A DNA stretch of 64,000 nt, from NCBI GenBank assembly GCA_036172245.1, contig JAYWIR010000042.1, forward strand, positions 1,178,001-1,242,000. Reading direction: 5' to 3'. Made by a program: the position numbers and the translations under genes. Position 1 is the stretch's first letter; the number at the start of each line of letters is the position of its first letter. Shown here in pieces: positions 25,451 through 37,150 of the stretch. The stretch comes from Raillietiella orientalis (taxonomy: Eukaryota). The notes below the pieces were generated by a model. That model was not told where the DNA came from. It saw only the letters and a program-made list of their open reading frames with translations, and did no database searches.

Positions 25451-26699
25451 CAGCCCCTGGGAGAGATCTGTTTGCAGGTCAGCTCAACGAACTGACTCTC
25501 ACTTCCTATTGGGAGGCTTTCAAGATCTCCCACCGCAATGTTAAACCTGAGCAGCTCCTTCCTGAGGGAGAGCTCAGTTTCAAGAGAAGAAAGCATGTCC
25601 ATCTTGTGCAGGAGATTCTGCTTGTATCCTTGGGCATTGTAGATTCTTTCTTTAGCAGTGGCTACCGCTGAAGCTACAGAAGACACTGAGCTCCGTGGCT
25701 CACCATCTTGGAGTTCAGTACATAGCCGACATGAAGGGCAGCCACAAGAACTGTTTGGAGCAATCATGGGGAAAGAAGACATATAAGTTAATATTTTGAA
25801 GGGAAGGGGTAAGAGACATCGGAATTTATGCTCCTCCCCTACAGCTTCTGCAAAATGGCGGCGATCTCCCTGCCGACTTTTGTTTTCCTATGGAATCATT
25901 GGCATTTCTTCCTCAAGAATATAGCGATACAGATGAATTCCCATTGGAATTTCTGCAAATCCATTGAGTATCAGACCTTGATGATTCCGCGGATGCAACA
26001 CGGAGTTACAATCACTATGGCAGATGAGAGAGCATCTCGCGAAAGGAACGGACGCAGCCAATTCGGCTGGCGAGTCTTCAGGACGCAGGAGAGCTTGATC
26101 TCCTGACACTGGAGTGAATGGAACACCAGTTGTAGTTTGGAAGATTAGCGTTGGCAACAGCAGAATACTGGAGCATTCATTGGTGCACTCTGCGCTCATC
26201 CTGGCCACGCGAGCAGCCGGCTCAGCGGGATTCACTTCGTTCCTCGTGAGCAGCCACCGAAGACTGTCCCCGTGAGGGTACCAGCTCCGACAGTTAGTTG
26301 CCTGGGCGCAGAACCATGCGTGGATCTCCTGCTCGCCCGTGAACTGCAATACCTGGAAATAGGAAACGACATTTTTTTTATTGCGATCTCGCAGGGAGAA
26401 AAAAACAATTGGTAGCATTGTGGACGTGACATTGGTGCCCTGCTGATGCTTCCACCGCACTGTCCTCCTCTGCTGGGGGGATTTCCTGGGAATCCCGTTG
26501 GAAAGAAAGGAGACCCCCGCAGTTTTCATGGACAGCTCCCTGCTTCCCTTGAAGTGGTAGGACTCGTTGTTGCGACTGCTGGACTAGGTCCTTCCATGCA
26601 ACCCACACCTCCACCACTGGACCACGGGAATTGTGGTCCCATAGTGTGGTAGATGCGGTGAAAGGGAAACCTTCCCGCACCTGCTACTGTTCGAGTGTT

Positions 26700-27300
26700 G
26701 CGTTCCAAAGTGTTTGGGAACGCTTGGCTGCGGCCCTGAACTTACAGAGACAACCCGAAGAATATTCTGAGATGCTTTTTCATGAGCGGTGCAATGTCTT
26801 CCGCGGCCACGATTGCATTTTTGTGCTATCTCCGTGAAGCTGTGGCGGAGCGAATCCACGACGACGAAGAAAATAGGAACTGGGATGTCATCCCCATCAT
26901 CTTATCCTTCCTAAGGATAGCAGTAAGATGGTTTCCTTCGATAAAGCTAAAGTAGGGACTTCCTAGCATCCTGCAAAAGATGCAGAGGATCCCAGGGAAG
27001 TCACTGCGATCGCTTTCTTTGCTCGCTCCCAATTTTTTTTTTGTATAAGTTTCTATTCATGACTATCTTTCCTCTCTCGATGTGTTTACTCCCTCTCCCT
27101 GATCTTACCCGGAGCGTACATCTGACGATAAGCTGCTCGCGAGTCTCCCAGACTTGACTCAAGGAGTGGGACTGCAACCTCACTTCGGAATAATTTTTTT
27201 TTTTTGTTGCCATGGTTTTGTTTTTTGAATGTTTTATTGTAAACGATGTTTTCTTTACGTCAGATTCCTCGGAGCAACCGCGTGAAAATAAACGTGGCAA
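26700..27300 (+). mobile_element. 3' end of the same L1/Tx1-like family
   Basis: WDVIPIILSFLRIAVRWFPSIKLK*GLPSILQKMQRIP is homologous to the 24.3-24.5 kb C-terminal peptide. T-rich UTR and AATAAA near 27287. Confidence 0.6.
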
Positions 27301-27339
27301 CCGCGACACCCAATTAATTAGCGCATCGCGCCACAATAC

Positions 27340-27990
27340 TCCTCAATAGGGATCAACAGAGAAAAGCAACAGGGAAAGTCTAGGAGCTCGTGGTTTATGC
27401 AGTCTAAAGCCTTGCGGACATAGACTGCGACCACCAGAGTACCTGGTCCTCCGCCTGCATGCGAGTACTGTCGCCACAGCCCTTCCGAGAGTTCTTTTCC
27501 CTACGGGCCTCCCCTGCAATCCTCTGGTGGCAACCGAAACCAGGTCTGCGCGGGAAACAGGTTGGACTGCCAGGCGCAGCATAAGTCTGCTGCAGTCTGA
27601 TGAAGGAGTCGGCCAGCCGTCCCAAACGCGCAGTCGACAGCTTCGAGAGCAGCTTGAGCGACCGCATTCACTAAAGTTGACTCGGACTGCAATTGCTCAG
27701 ATCTCCTTTCGGAAGGAGAGGAGCTGAAGCAGAAAGGAAAGCAGGCACCTCGCCTCTCTCTCGGATCAGCACGAGTATTCTCTGCATACCAGTGGAACAC
27801 GTTCCTCCGCAAAGCTCTGGAAGAACTCTGCTGGCAAACCGTCTTCCCTGGGCACCTTCCTCTTTCTGTGCGCGCCATCGAGAACGACTCTTCGAGATGC
27901 GCTGCTGCGGCGCCTTTCCTTAGAGCTGCATGCGGACTGAAGGTCTCGGCTTTCCCGTGACCTCTGCAAGTTTCCATTGGAGAAGTTTTT
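27340..27990 (-). mobile_element. Decayed L1-like RT fragment
   Basis: Minus-strand LVVAVYVRKALDCINHELL matches the RT D..KAFD.V.H..L motif (~27385-27445). Confidence 0.5.
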
Positions 27991-28300
27991 CACCTGGATA
28001 AGCCGGGGATTTTATTTTTAAAATATTGCAGGATATGTTATAATTAATTCTGGTCTTTAGGGCATTTTTTTCAGTCAGAACACATGGTTCTGGCTTACCG
28101 ACCCGTAGGCCGGTGGGGTCCTCTCCATGGGTAAAGGAGACGAGAGAACCAAAAAAAAAAAAAAGAACAAAAAACAAAAACGCCAGGGAGGACAAAGTTT
28201 TATGGGGTGGGGAGGGATGGGACGAGATCACTGGTCGCCGGGAGGAGTCCTTTGCATCCGGTTTAGGATGCGGGCAAGTGCCGGTTTAAATTTGAGGTAC
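27990..28300 (-). mobile_element. 3' end of the same L1/Tx1-like family (inverted copy)
   Basis: Minus-strand PALARILNRMQRTP, T-rich UTR and AATAAA (tttatt at 28011-28016 on +). Confidence 0.6.
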
Positions 28301-30269
28301 AATACTTCTTTTGGAGAGTTTGGCTTCCGTTTGTTTTTAAACAAAACTGCTAAGGAAATTCGGTCGGGTCTCTGAACAAATGAGGTATACATTCATGCAT
28401 GATGTATAACAGTGGTGTATAGTTGATTTAATTTTCGTGCCTCATATGTTCCTGAAATTCATTCGTCATACATTTCCAATGCAAATTCTTTCGCCGGCTG
28501 CTTTCTCCGTTCAAATGCAATTCCGCATATTTATTTTTTCGCCAAAATCTTGATGCAACAAGTCAATCGGAATAGAAAGTTCTCGTGATTATTTCCGTTT
28601 TAAAATCTCGAAATAACTTTGAAATAATGATTTTTATTCTCATAAGGCAGTCCAGGAAAGTTTCCTTGGCTTATCTAACAAAAACACGCATCCCAGTAAC
28701 TTGTTCAAAATGGATCACACCGATTTATATGTTTTAGCTGTTTAACTGCATTCACTTTTGAAGTTTCCTAGCTCGGATCGAAGGAAATTCCCGTTCATTC
28801 AATCCACAACTTTGTGCAAAAACGATCATGAAGCACAGTTGGTTCACAGTCCATTTGCCTTTGCAGCAGACTTAAGCAAACGCCTTTAGCTGTCTCTTGA
28901 ATTTGGTAATGTTACTTTGTTTTCATAGGCGGACCCTAACCTCCAATGTATTCTGAGCACTGCCGCCCAGGACTAGATTGACTGAGAATACACAGATGTA
29001 TGCAAACTGTACAATAATCCCACCATTCCTGTTAAGCATCTTTTAAATTTATCTAACATTTTTGCTTTTCGGTTACTTTCCTGGCTTCGAGGTTTTGATA
29101 TTGCGCTCACGAATGCAATTCCTCCAGAGTGAGGCCTGGCCATTGCACCAAGGCAGGGCTGACCTCTGCAATAACCCCTAAAGCGGGTTACTCGGAAGCA
29201 TAATTTTAAGGGATGATGGAAATCCTTTTGGATTCTTCTGGGTCTGTCTTCGCTGTTTTTTCCCTTCCAACATTTTTTTTTGAGGTTTTTCAGGTTTTTT
29301 TTTTTTTTGTGGTACGCTAAGTACCTCAAGAGCCGGTCGCGTGCCTCGCGCTTCACGTGGCTCTTCAACACTGTTCCACGCCGCCAGCGGAGGGTGCGTG
29401 CTATTCTTCAAGATGGGGGCACCCCGGAAGGGGGATGGTCCTCTTCATTTCATCTTCTCCGAAGGGAATCAAGAAAGGATCCGTTAGTAGGAATTTCTTC
29501 TCCGGAGGGAACCCGCAAGGGAACCGCTCCTGTTCACTCCTCTGAAGAGAGTCCGAAGGGACGCTTCCGAAATTCAGAAGGGGCGCTGCAGCTTCCCGAA
29601 GGGGGATTCCTTGAACTCCTCTGGAGTGCTGGCCTTCTTCATGGGCCTCCTAGCTTAAACCACCACCGGTGCTTCGCCCGAGTGTCTCAGCCAACCAGTG
29701 CCATTGCAGGAGAAACTCGGAACCCAACGATGCAGTGGCGTCCGTTTTTGCCGGAGTATTCGAACCCGCGACGCACGGTGCCACGCGCGGAAACCTTAAC
29801 CACAAAGCCTCCGACGCGGGCAGGAGGTGGCTCTTTCAGCTGCTGGCAGTATTCTGGTGTTTTTTTAGAAGGTTTTGGAGCTGTCAAACAGATGAGCCAT
29901 GCCCATCATTCTTGGAACTCTAGAATGCCATGAAGATCTAATCTGGCGGGGTCACTAGCACACGTAACATTTGCTGGCCAAGTTTGTAGTGAATACGACT
30001 TGTTGATTTGCGATAGCTAACTTTGTGACGTCATCATTCAATGAGGGATGGAATTTGAAATCTTCCACTGTCAGGTGTGAGGTTCCGGAACCACAGGCTG
30101 AGGGTTTTGCCAAAGAAGTACCTTCGTTAGGGGTGTACGCTGCCGTTGCTCCAGGAATGCACATTTTCGCGAGGGACTCGACGAAAATGACAAACCCTCA
30201 GTTGAGAACAGCGTCTTCCAGACAGTTCTGAGGACCTCACTTTCAGCTCCAGACTTCTACGCAAAGGTC

Positions 30270-32675
30270 ACTGCAGAGAACTCATCCCCCGGAGAGGATG
30301 GAATACGTACGCCGGGTGGAAGAGCATTGATCCAGAAGCTGAAATGCTCACAACAATTTTTAATCTGCTAAGAAGGTTTCGGCGGATTCCGGAAGAGTGG
30401 AAGTGTATCAGAACGGTACTCATGGCGAAAAGTCCCGCAGCAGCGGGAGACATCTACAGCTGGAGGCCAAGATCCATTAGCAACAGTGCATACAGGCTCT
30501 ATGCCAAATGTTTGACCTCCCGACTCAGAAGATGGATTCTGGAGAATGAAGTCATCGGCACTCAGCAGAAGGGCTTCCTTCTCTTTGATGGAGTGTTTGA
30601 GCAAAACTTCATCCTGCAAGCACGGTTGGATGCTGCACGTCGTCTGTCGAAGGACTTCTGCGCGGTCTTCATCGACTTCGCGAATGCCTTCGGCACAGCT
30701 TCCCACGACACTATCATGGGAGCACTGAAGGAAACAAGGGCTGGAGACGACATAATCAATACTGTCCGCGAGATATATATAGGAAGTTCCACCTTCGTTC
30801 AACTGGAAAACGCAGAAACTAGGACCTTCTCAGTGCGGCGCGGAGTGAAGCAAGGACGTCCCTTAAGCTCACTCCTTTTTATCATATCGATCGAGCCGAT
30901 TCTGCGCTCAATGAGGCAAATCTACGGGACGAGGAGACATTAGTCTATGCCGACGACATGGTCATACTGAGGAAGGAAGAAAAGAAAGCCCAGGAAATGA
31001 TGGCACATTTGCAGAGGTTAGTCGACCAGACCGGCCTATCCATCAACCAGGCAAAATGCACCTCGATATACTACAGCGGCCGAACCCCCAAAGGCATAAG
31101 GGATGTGGATATCCAGGTTAAGGAAAGGGAAATCCCTTGTATTGCCTTATCACAGGCATACAAATACCTGGGAAAACCCCTTTGGTATGAAGGTCTTCAA
31201 CATACAACCGACTAAGGAAGACATCTGCCAGAAGGAGAGTGCCATACTTGAGAGTGAACTTTAGGATGGCAGAAAATAGACGCAATGAAAACCTTTTTCT
31301 ATCACAGTCTAGTTCACTACGAGAGGCTGGGAACTCACCGGAAGGAGGAATAGCAGTATGTCGACGAGCAAAAAAGGAAGAAAGTTAAGAAGGCCCTTCA
31401 CTTACCACCCTGGGCAGCTAACGAGTATTTGTACGGAGAGAGAACGAATGGCTGCCTAGAACTGATGAACCTAGCTCAAAAGTCCGATACCTTCATCGTG
31501 GACAGCTGCTCCAAACTGCTTACGTCGGCAGACAAAGTAGTAGGTAAACTTGCAAAAATAACCCTGTATGAAATCGTCCAAACACGGATGCAAGAAGCCT
31601 CGACAGAGGAAAATCTCGAGGAATTCATGACGGGCAAGAAGATCGCAAGGCCCAGCAGGGATGCTGAGAGCCTCTGGTCGAAAGGAAGGTCTCTAGACGA
31701 ATAAAGGCACGCTGGGAGTTTCGACAAGGAGAACTCAGCGTCACGGTGGACGGAATACTCTTCACCAGCAGTGCAAGAAGACGGCTCGCCTCCGGCTTAA
31801 GAGCATTGCAGCGAGAGTACGCATGGCAACCCCTTATTGAAAATCACGTTAGTCAAAGGAAGGCCATGCAGTGCGTGGGCATGCATCACTCTTCAAGCTT
31901 CTTCCATGCAAACGGAATCCACTTAAGACACCAAGACTACAGGTTCATCCATGCGGCAAGAGTGAACCTTCTGCCACTAAACCCTGCACCAACAAAAGAG
32001 GTACACGGAAGAATATGTCGACGCTGCGGAACAGAGGATGAAACATTATGCCCAACAGATGCAAAAAGCACTCGCCTTTGACGATGCAGCGCCATGATGC
32101 TATCCTGGAGATTATCAAGAAGGCCGCAACGGATGACGCCAAGTGGACTCTTGGATCGAGTAATCGCAGAGTGCCAGGAACCACCTCCAGCCTAAAACCA
32201 GACCTGGTTTTGGAAAAACGAGACCGAATAGGTGTGCTGGACATCTCCTGCCCATTCGGAAACGGAAAGGAGACGTTCACCACAGCGAGGAAAATCAAAG
32301 AAGCCAGGTACCAAGATGTCGCCATGCAACTCGGAAACACTGGGAAAATGACTAAAGTGCAGGCGATCCCTGTCGGCCCGCTTGGAGCACGGGATCCTGA
32401 AAACGACAACGTACTCCAACACCTAGGAATTCCGAAGAAGAAGCTGATGAGGCTACGACAGCGCATGGTAGCCACCTGCATCCGCTTTTCAAGTAGCATC
32501 TATGCAACGCATGTAAAAAAGAAAGATGCAGCCCAACCAGGTGATCTGGACGACGCTCTCACCCCGGAAGAGAGCACCGAGGAACCGTGAGAAACACGGA
32601 GGAAACAACACTCGCGAAAGAGCCTCCGGAACCATTCCAGCAATGGTGATTGTAATAACCCAAACGCTCAATAAA
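30270..32675 (+). mobile_element. 5'-truncated, degraded Utopia/NeSL-clade non-LTR retrotransposon (RT + CCHC + restriction-like endonuclease)
   Basis: RT motifs: ENSSPGEDG..WKSIDPE, IPEEWK, WRP, QKGF..DGVFE.NF, DFANAFG, GVKQG.PLS, YADD (30946-30957), YKYLGKP. C-terminal motifs: RFIHAAR.NLLPLN, CRRCG..DET, RHDAI, KPDLV...LDISCPF..AR..K...Y, GPLGARDPEND. AATAAA at 32670-32675. Multiple stops and frameshifts. Confidence 0.9.
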
Positions 32676-32891
32676 GTTTTCATAGAGGTAGTTTGTTTCT
32701 AATCTCTTGCATCCCTCGACTCGGCTTCTACTCTTAGATTCTAACTTTAATGTAACATTCTCTTCACATATAGTTTTCTAAAGACTTTCATCAAAAGGAG
32801 TTTCTCCAAATCAGTATGGAATTGATTTATAATAAATGCAACCCCATGACAATCCGTTAACAGTAAAGACCAGCTGCGTAAACGTAGTGCA

Positions 32892-33413
32892 TTAAGGGGA
32901 TTCTTGGCGGTGGTGTTTCTGTAGAGTCTGAAGCACTCTTTCACGAACCGGATGTTCCTGGCGTAGAATCTTGTGTGATGGTCCGGGCTGAATTTCTCTG
33001 AGCACCCCGTTTTGATGAGTTGTAGGATTTGTCGTAATGATATATATAAATAAAAAGATTATCGAACTTACTTGGTTTTCATAAGTTTGGTTGGCGGAAG
33101 AGTCTTCGGAGATGCATCCGTAGATCCACGCTTGTTGGTCCTGTTTGGTGCAGTATTTTCTGTTGGCTTCTGCACTCCCGTTTGCTTTTTCGAGATGAGC
33201 TCGTTCAAACGGGGGTCGTCGCATGGTCGGTAATGGGCGTGGATCGGACAGTTGAAGATATCCATGGAGATGCAGTGTGCCGGAAGCACCGATCTCCTTG
33301 GCGACGATGGCGTAGGAAGCGTTGGGGCGGCACCAGTGTTTAATGGCAGTGACATCATCTTGAGTGTAGTTGTTGAGTGTGAAGCACCAGTTGCTGTAGA
33401 TTCCGTATGGCAT
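32892..33413 (-). CDS. rep: Endogenous CRESS-DNA virus (circovirus/cyclovirus-like) Rep, HUH endonuclease domain only
   Basis: RCR motif I WCFTLNN, motif II TLHLHG (canonical xPHLQG) and motif III YCTK within RAHLEKANGSAEANRKYCTK, plus the typical KEIGASGT segment. No Walker A/B found. Confidence 0.92.
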   Translation of the reverse strand: MPYGIYSNWCFTLNNYTQDDVTAIKHWCRPNASYAIVAKEIGASGTLHLHGYLQLSDPRPLPTMRRPPFERAHLEKANGSAEANRKYCTKQDQQAWIYGCISEDSSANQTYENQVSSIIFLFIYIITTNPTTHQNGVLREIQPGPSHKILRQEHPVRERVLQTLQKHHRQESP

Positions 33414-33454
33414 CGTCGTCGTAGTACTGGTAAACCCAGACCTAACGTGGAGAA

Positions 33455-33460
33455 TTTATA
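33455..33460 (-). promoter_or_regulatory. Putative TATA box for rep
   Basis: TATAAA on the minus strand, ~42 nt upstream of the rep ATG and between the ori hairpin and rep, the position typical of CRESS viruses. Confidence 0.55.
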
Positions 33461-33471
33461 CGGAATAACTG

Positions 33472-33507
33472 CGCAGAAATCTGGTTAGTATTACCCAGAT
33501 TTCTGCG
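33472..33507 (+). other. CRESS rolling-circle origin: stem-loop with nonanucleotide TAGTATTAC
   Basis: Perfect 13-bp stem cgcagaaatctgg (33472-33484) / ccagatttctgcg (33495-33507). The loop ttagtattac contains TAGTATTAC at 33486-33494. Confidence 0.93.
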
Positions 33508-34073
33508 AGGTCAGGGTTTCCTAACGAAAATCTGAGTAGGGCAAATCTGCGCTCTTCAACATATGGAATAAGCACATTGCTTGTCTGTAAACATGGTAGC
33601 TAGTGCTGTACAAAAAGTCGCTATGGAGGTGCTTCAACATATAAAATATTTTGCCATGGAGGTTTGGGAAGATCCGAATCTCGGAAATGACAAGAACCCG
33701 ATCCATTCAGCAACATTCGAAAACAAATACTCGTGACATAAACAGAATACTTGACACAAGTTTACTTGGTTAGTAAAGACCACCTTTAACCAAAAGCAAG
33801 TGTTAGTACCTTTTAGTTGAAAGTTACAAAAGATTCTTATACCCTTAGTATGCAAAGAGTATCATATTAGGAGTTTTTCTCCTATCTTCAGTAGAGTCAA
33901 CACAAGACTAGCAGCGAAAAAAATACAAAAAAGAAAAAAAAACTGTTTAGTACATCGGCTCTAATGTTGCTTTTCACCCAAGAAAAACAACACTGGAGCA
34001 CATGATCATTTTTTATTATTACATTTACATAGTAATGCTGTAATATTAGCATCTGTTCATGCAAATCCACATC

Positions 34074-34872
34074 TCAATTCAACATTGTATGCCGATCATA
34101 AATGTTTCGTCTTTGCTCTTGCACTTGTCTCTTCCATTTATGCTGTTGATGTCCCACTTTGTTAAGCATGCCATTTGACACTTCTGATAAAACAGGATAT
34201 GACTCATCCTAAAACACAAATGGTTTCACTTCCTTGATCACTAGAATTCAACACTCATACTGATGTCTTTATAAAATGCAAAACCTTAAATTCATTACCT
34301 CTTCATTCCTTTGTTCTTGATATGAAATCAATGTTTTCTTAGTTAAGATCGGATCCAAACATGTTAAAAACAGCATGTAAAGAACAAGGAGAGAAATAAT
34401 CCAAATAATTGTAATGACCACAACCTAAAGATCAAACTTGAACAAGTGGCACATTTTAGCAGACAAAAACCTTTATGGTTCCGGTATTCCGACTTTCATG
34501 TTTGCATTCACATAAAAGACAAAACTCAGCTTCCTTCTTCTGAATTTCATCTTCAACTTCAGGAATGACTACATTTTTGCAAAGACTATGTAAGAACAAG
34601 TACTGATGAATAGTGACATATTTGAAATACTGCACATATGTGCTCAAAATTTTTTACATATTTCAAGGTTTCATTATTACATTAAGATTTTAACAAAACA
34701 AGTAAAAGAAACATCTAAACTAACTTTAAGTTGTAAATATAAGCAAAGTAGAATTTTACCATTTTGTAGGAAACACCTTTTTTATGTAAACTTTTCTTCC
34801 TGATTTTGAACAATTGAAAATAACACTTGTATCAGGGCATACACATTTGCATCGAACATCTTCATATTGTGT
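34074..34872 (-). CDS. TMEM9: TMEM9 family membrane protein (signal-peptide exon not located, lies further upstream)
   Basis: Exons 34872-34760, 34585-34471, 34424-34299 and 34208-34074, all GT-AG and in phase. Translation: YEDVRCKCVCP...FCLLCECKHESRNTGTIKVVVITIIWIISLLVLYMLFLTCLDP...QQHKWKRQVQEQRRNIYDRHTMLN*. Confidence 0.93.
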
Positions 34873-36929
34873 CTAATATTAGAAAATTAGTCAAAGCAGC
34901 CAGATGAATTATTCTACAGTATTCTACAATAATTTCTAAAAGTTCGAAAGATTATAAAATAACTTCAGATACTGAGGTGATACATAGTTAACTTTGTAAC
35001 AGAATTCATACAAGTTTCAACAGATGACTTCTAAACAGACGTAACTACTGTATAAATAAAGTTTAATCTTCTCAAATCTGGCTATATGAAATAATTCAAA
35101 ACATGAATGAACAATGACTCAATTGCCAAGAAAACAGATATTCATCAAATAATACAATAATCCACGCATCCATTTCTGAAAGTTTCACTTGCAATTATTA
35201 ATTTGTCTATGCATCCATTATTATTGATCAATTGCTGCTATTGAGTACAACACCTCACTGAATATTATCCTTTTTTGATAGACTTGCAAAGTGCTGATTT
35301 TATTTTATTGCTTATTTCATTAAGTATATTTTTATACTTATCTCTATAAAATTCGTACATTCCTAACTTTTTCAATATCCTCACTCACATTCAATCTATT
35401 TCTAAACCTTTGTTCCCATCTTTCTGATTTTATCATTATTGTTTATGATATAAGTATGAACACTTACTTACTTAACAATTTATAATAATTACAATAAGAT
35501 GGTGGTTGTGTAAATAAAAGCGTAAAAAAAAAAACACATATTTAGAATACTGGGAAGAACCAAGTTAAGAACAATTCAAGTGCCCCACATGCTTCCCTTA
35601 AGTTGATGACAGATAGATGTACACAGTATGCAGTAATAGCAACACAAGGAATAAAGTTCGTGATTAACGTTCACTTAATTTACATCTGCTAAGCATGAAA
35701 ATGTCAAGATTCTAAACACAATTTCAGCAACATTCACACAAACACTGTTAACATGCCTGAGATACACATCCATAGGTATGTATTGATATTCTTACATCTT
35801 GAATGAATAGAGGCAATTTCAAAAAATGAATACTTCCGAACTCTTGACAACAAAAGCAACTGCTGGTTAGACTTTATTGTACTGATTTATCGTTAAACAT
35901 TCTACTTAAAAATAATAGTACTGAAAAAATTCAAATTGAGGAACTTTTCTACAGCAATTTTTATTTAATTTTAACTTTTCATTTAACAAGAAATTCTAAC
36001 AGTGGGTACATAGTTTTACCTGGATCACAATGCATTGAGATAAGTCTCGAGTTCCATTGTTATTCGACAAAGTAACTGTCGCAAACCAATGACTTTAATC
36101 AAAATTGAGGGATGCAATCAAAACAGGCTCAAAATAAAAAAAAGTTCATCACTAAGCTCTAAATATTAACATAACTCGCAATTAAGAATACCACACAGCG
36201 AAAAGCTTATCGAAGTATATAATTATAAATATTCAACTTGATGCTTTGATGCTGCATTATGAAATACTCCTTCACATGGCACACAATAAAACAATATGCA
36301 TACGGTCAAGAAAACATACTTACATATACAGTACCGCTAATACAACAGAAAACGAACAAAATGTTTGGGTGCCAATTCATTTGTAAGTCTATCATCCATT
36401 CAAGGAATACCACAATCAAAACTTCAGAATTGTGACAAATAAATAATTCTTCATAATAATAAAACTGTTTTTCTATACGGAAGAAAAGGAAGAATTATTA
36501 AGTTCTTTTCATAATTTAAATCATGATTTAAGAATAACTTATTTGAATATTTTGCCTTGAGTGCTAAATTACTTTGAAAAAGGATGAGATTGTGACATCC
36601 AGTTTAATTCATAATAAAAAAAAAAGGAATGAACGAGTCATGTACTGTGTTCATGGAAAATGTTTCCTTTAAGAACTAATAACGATTATTAGTCAAGTAT
36701 CTGTTCAAGAACAAGAATAATTTTGTAAAGATTTTTACATCCATGTAAAAATATAAGGAAGCACCAGATCGATACAGAAATTATGACACTGACAATATAG
36801 ATTCGTAATCAAGCTAAAGACTATCAAACTGATGAATCAAATGGAAATTTCCTTAAGATCAAGGGTAATTTCCTTGTTATCACATTAATGATAAATAATT
36901 TAGTAATTTCCTTTTCTATCACTCTTTAG

Positions 36930-37150
36930 GTTTCCATTTTTTTATATTCTCGTAGAATATGGTATTTACTATATCATCACTTGGATTTGGTTAATGATAT
37001 CCATTAGTTGTTACTGTTAATGCATTTATTTACTGATATCCACTGATTTTTCCATACATTTGAATTTCTTGTGTAATCTTGAAGTTTATTTGCAGCATTT
37101 TAACTTTCACTGGGAGTTTGTCTCGGAATAATAAATAAAGTTTTCGAAAT
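36930..37150 (-). mobile_element. Possible ancient AT-rich LINE RT remnant
   Basis: Minus-strand AANKLQDYTRNSNVWKNQWISVNK resembles the LQ..L....W...W.I.IN..K segment following YADD. Very degraded. Confidence 0.25.

Noticed and set aside
32684..32700. gaggtagtttgt resembling a let-7 family miRNA
   Set aside because: The match is short and gapped, with no precursor hairpin.
33508..33860. Capsid gene downstream of the CRESS origin
   Set aside because: No sizeable + strand ORF and no Arg-rich N-terminus; the sequence passes into AT-rich DNA 3' of TMEM9.
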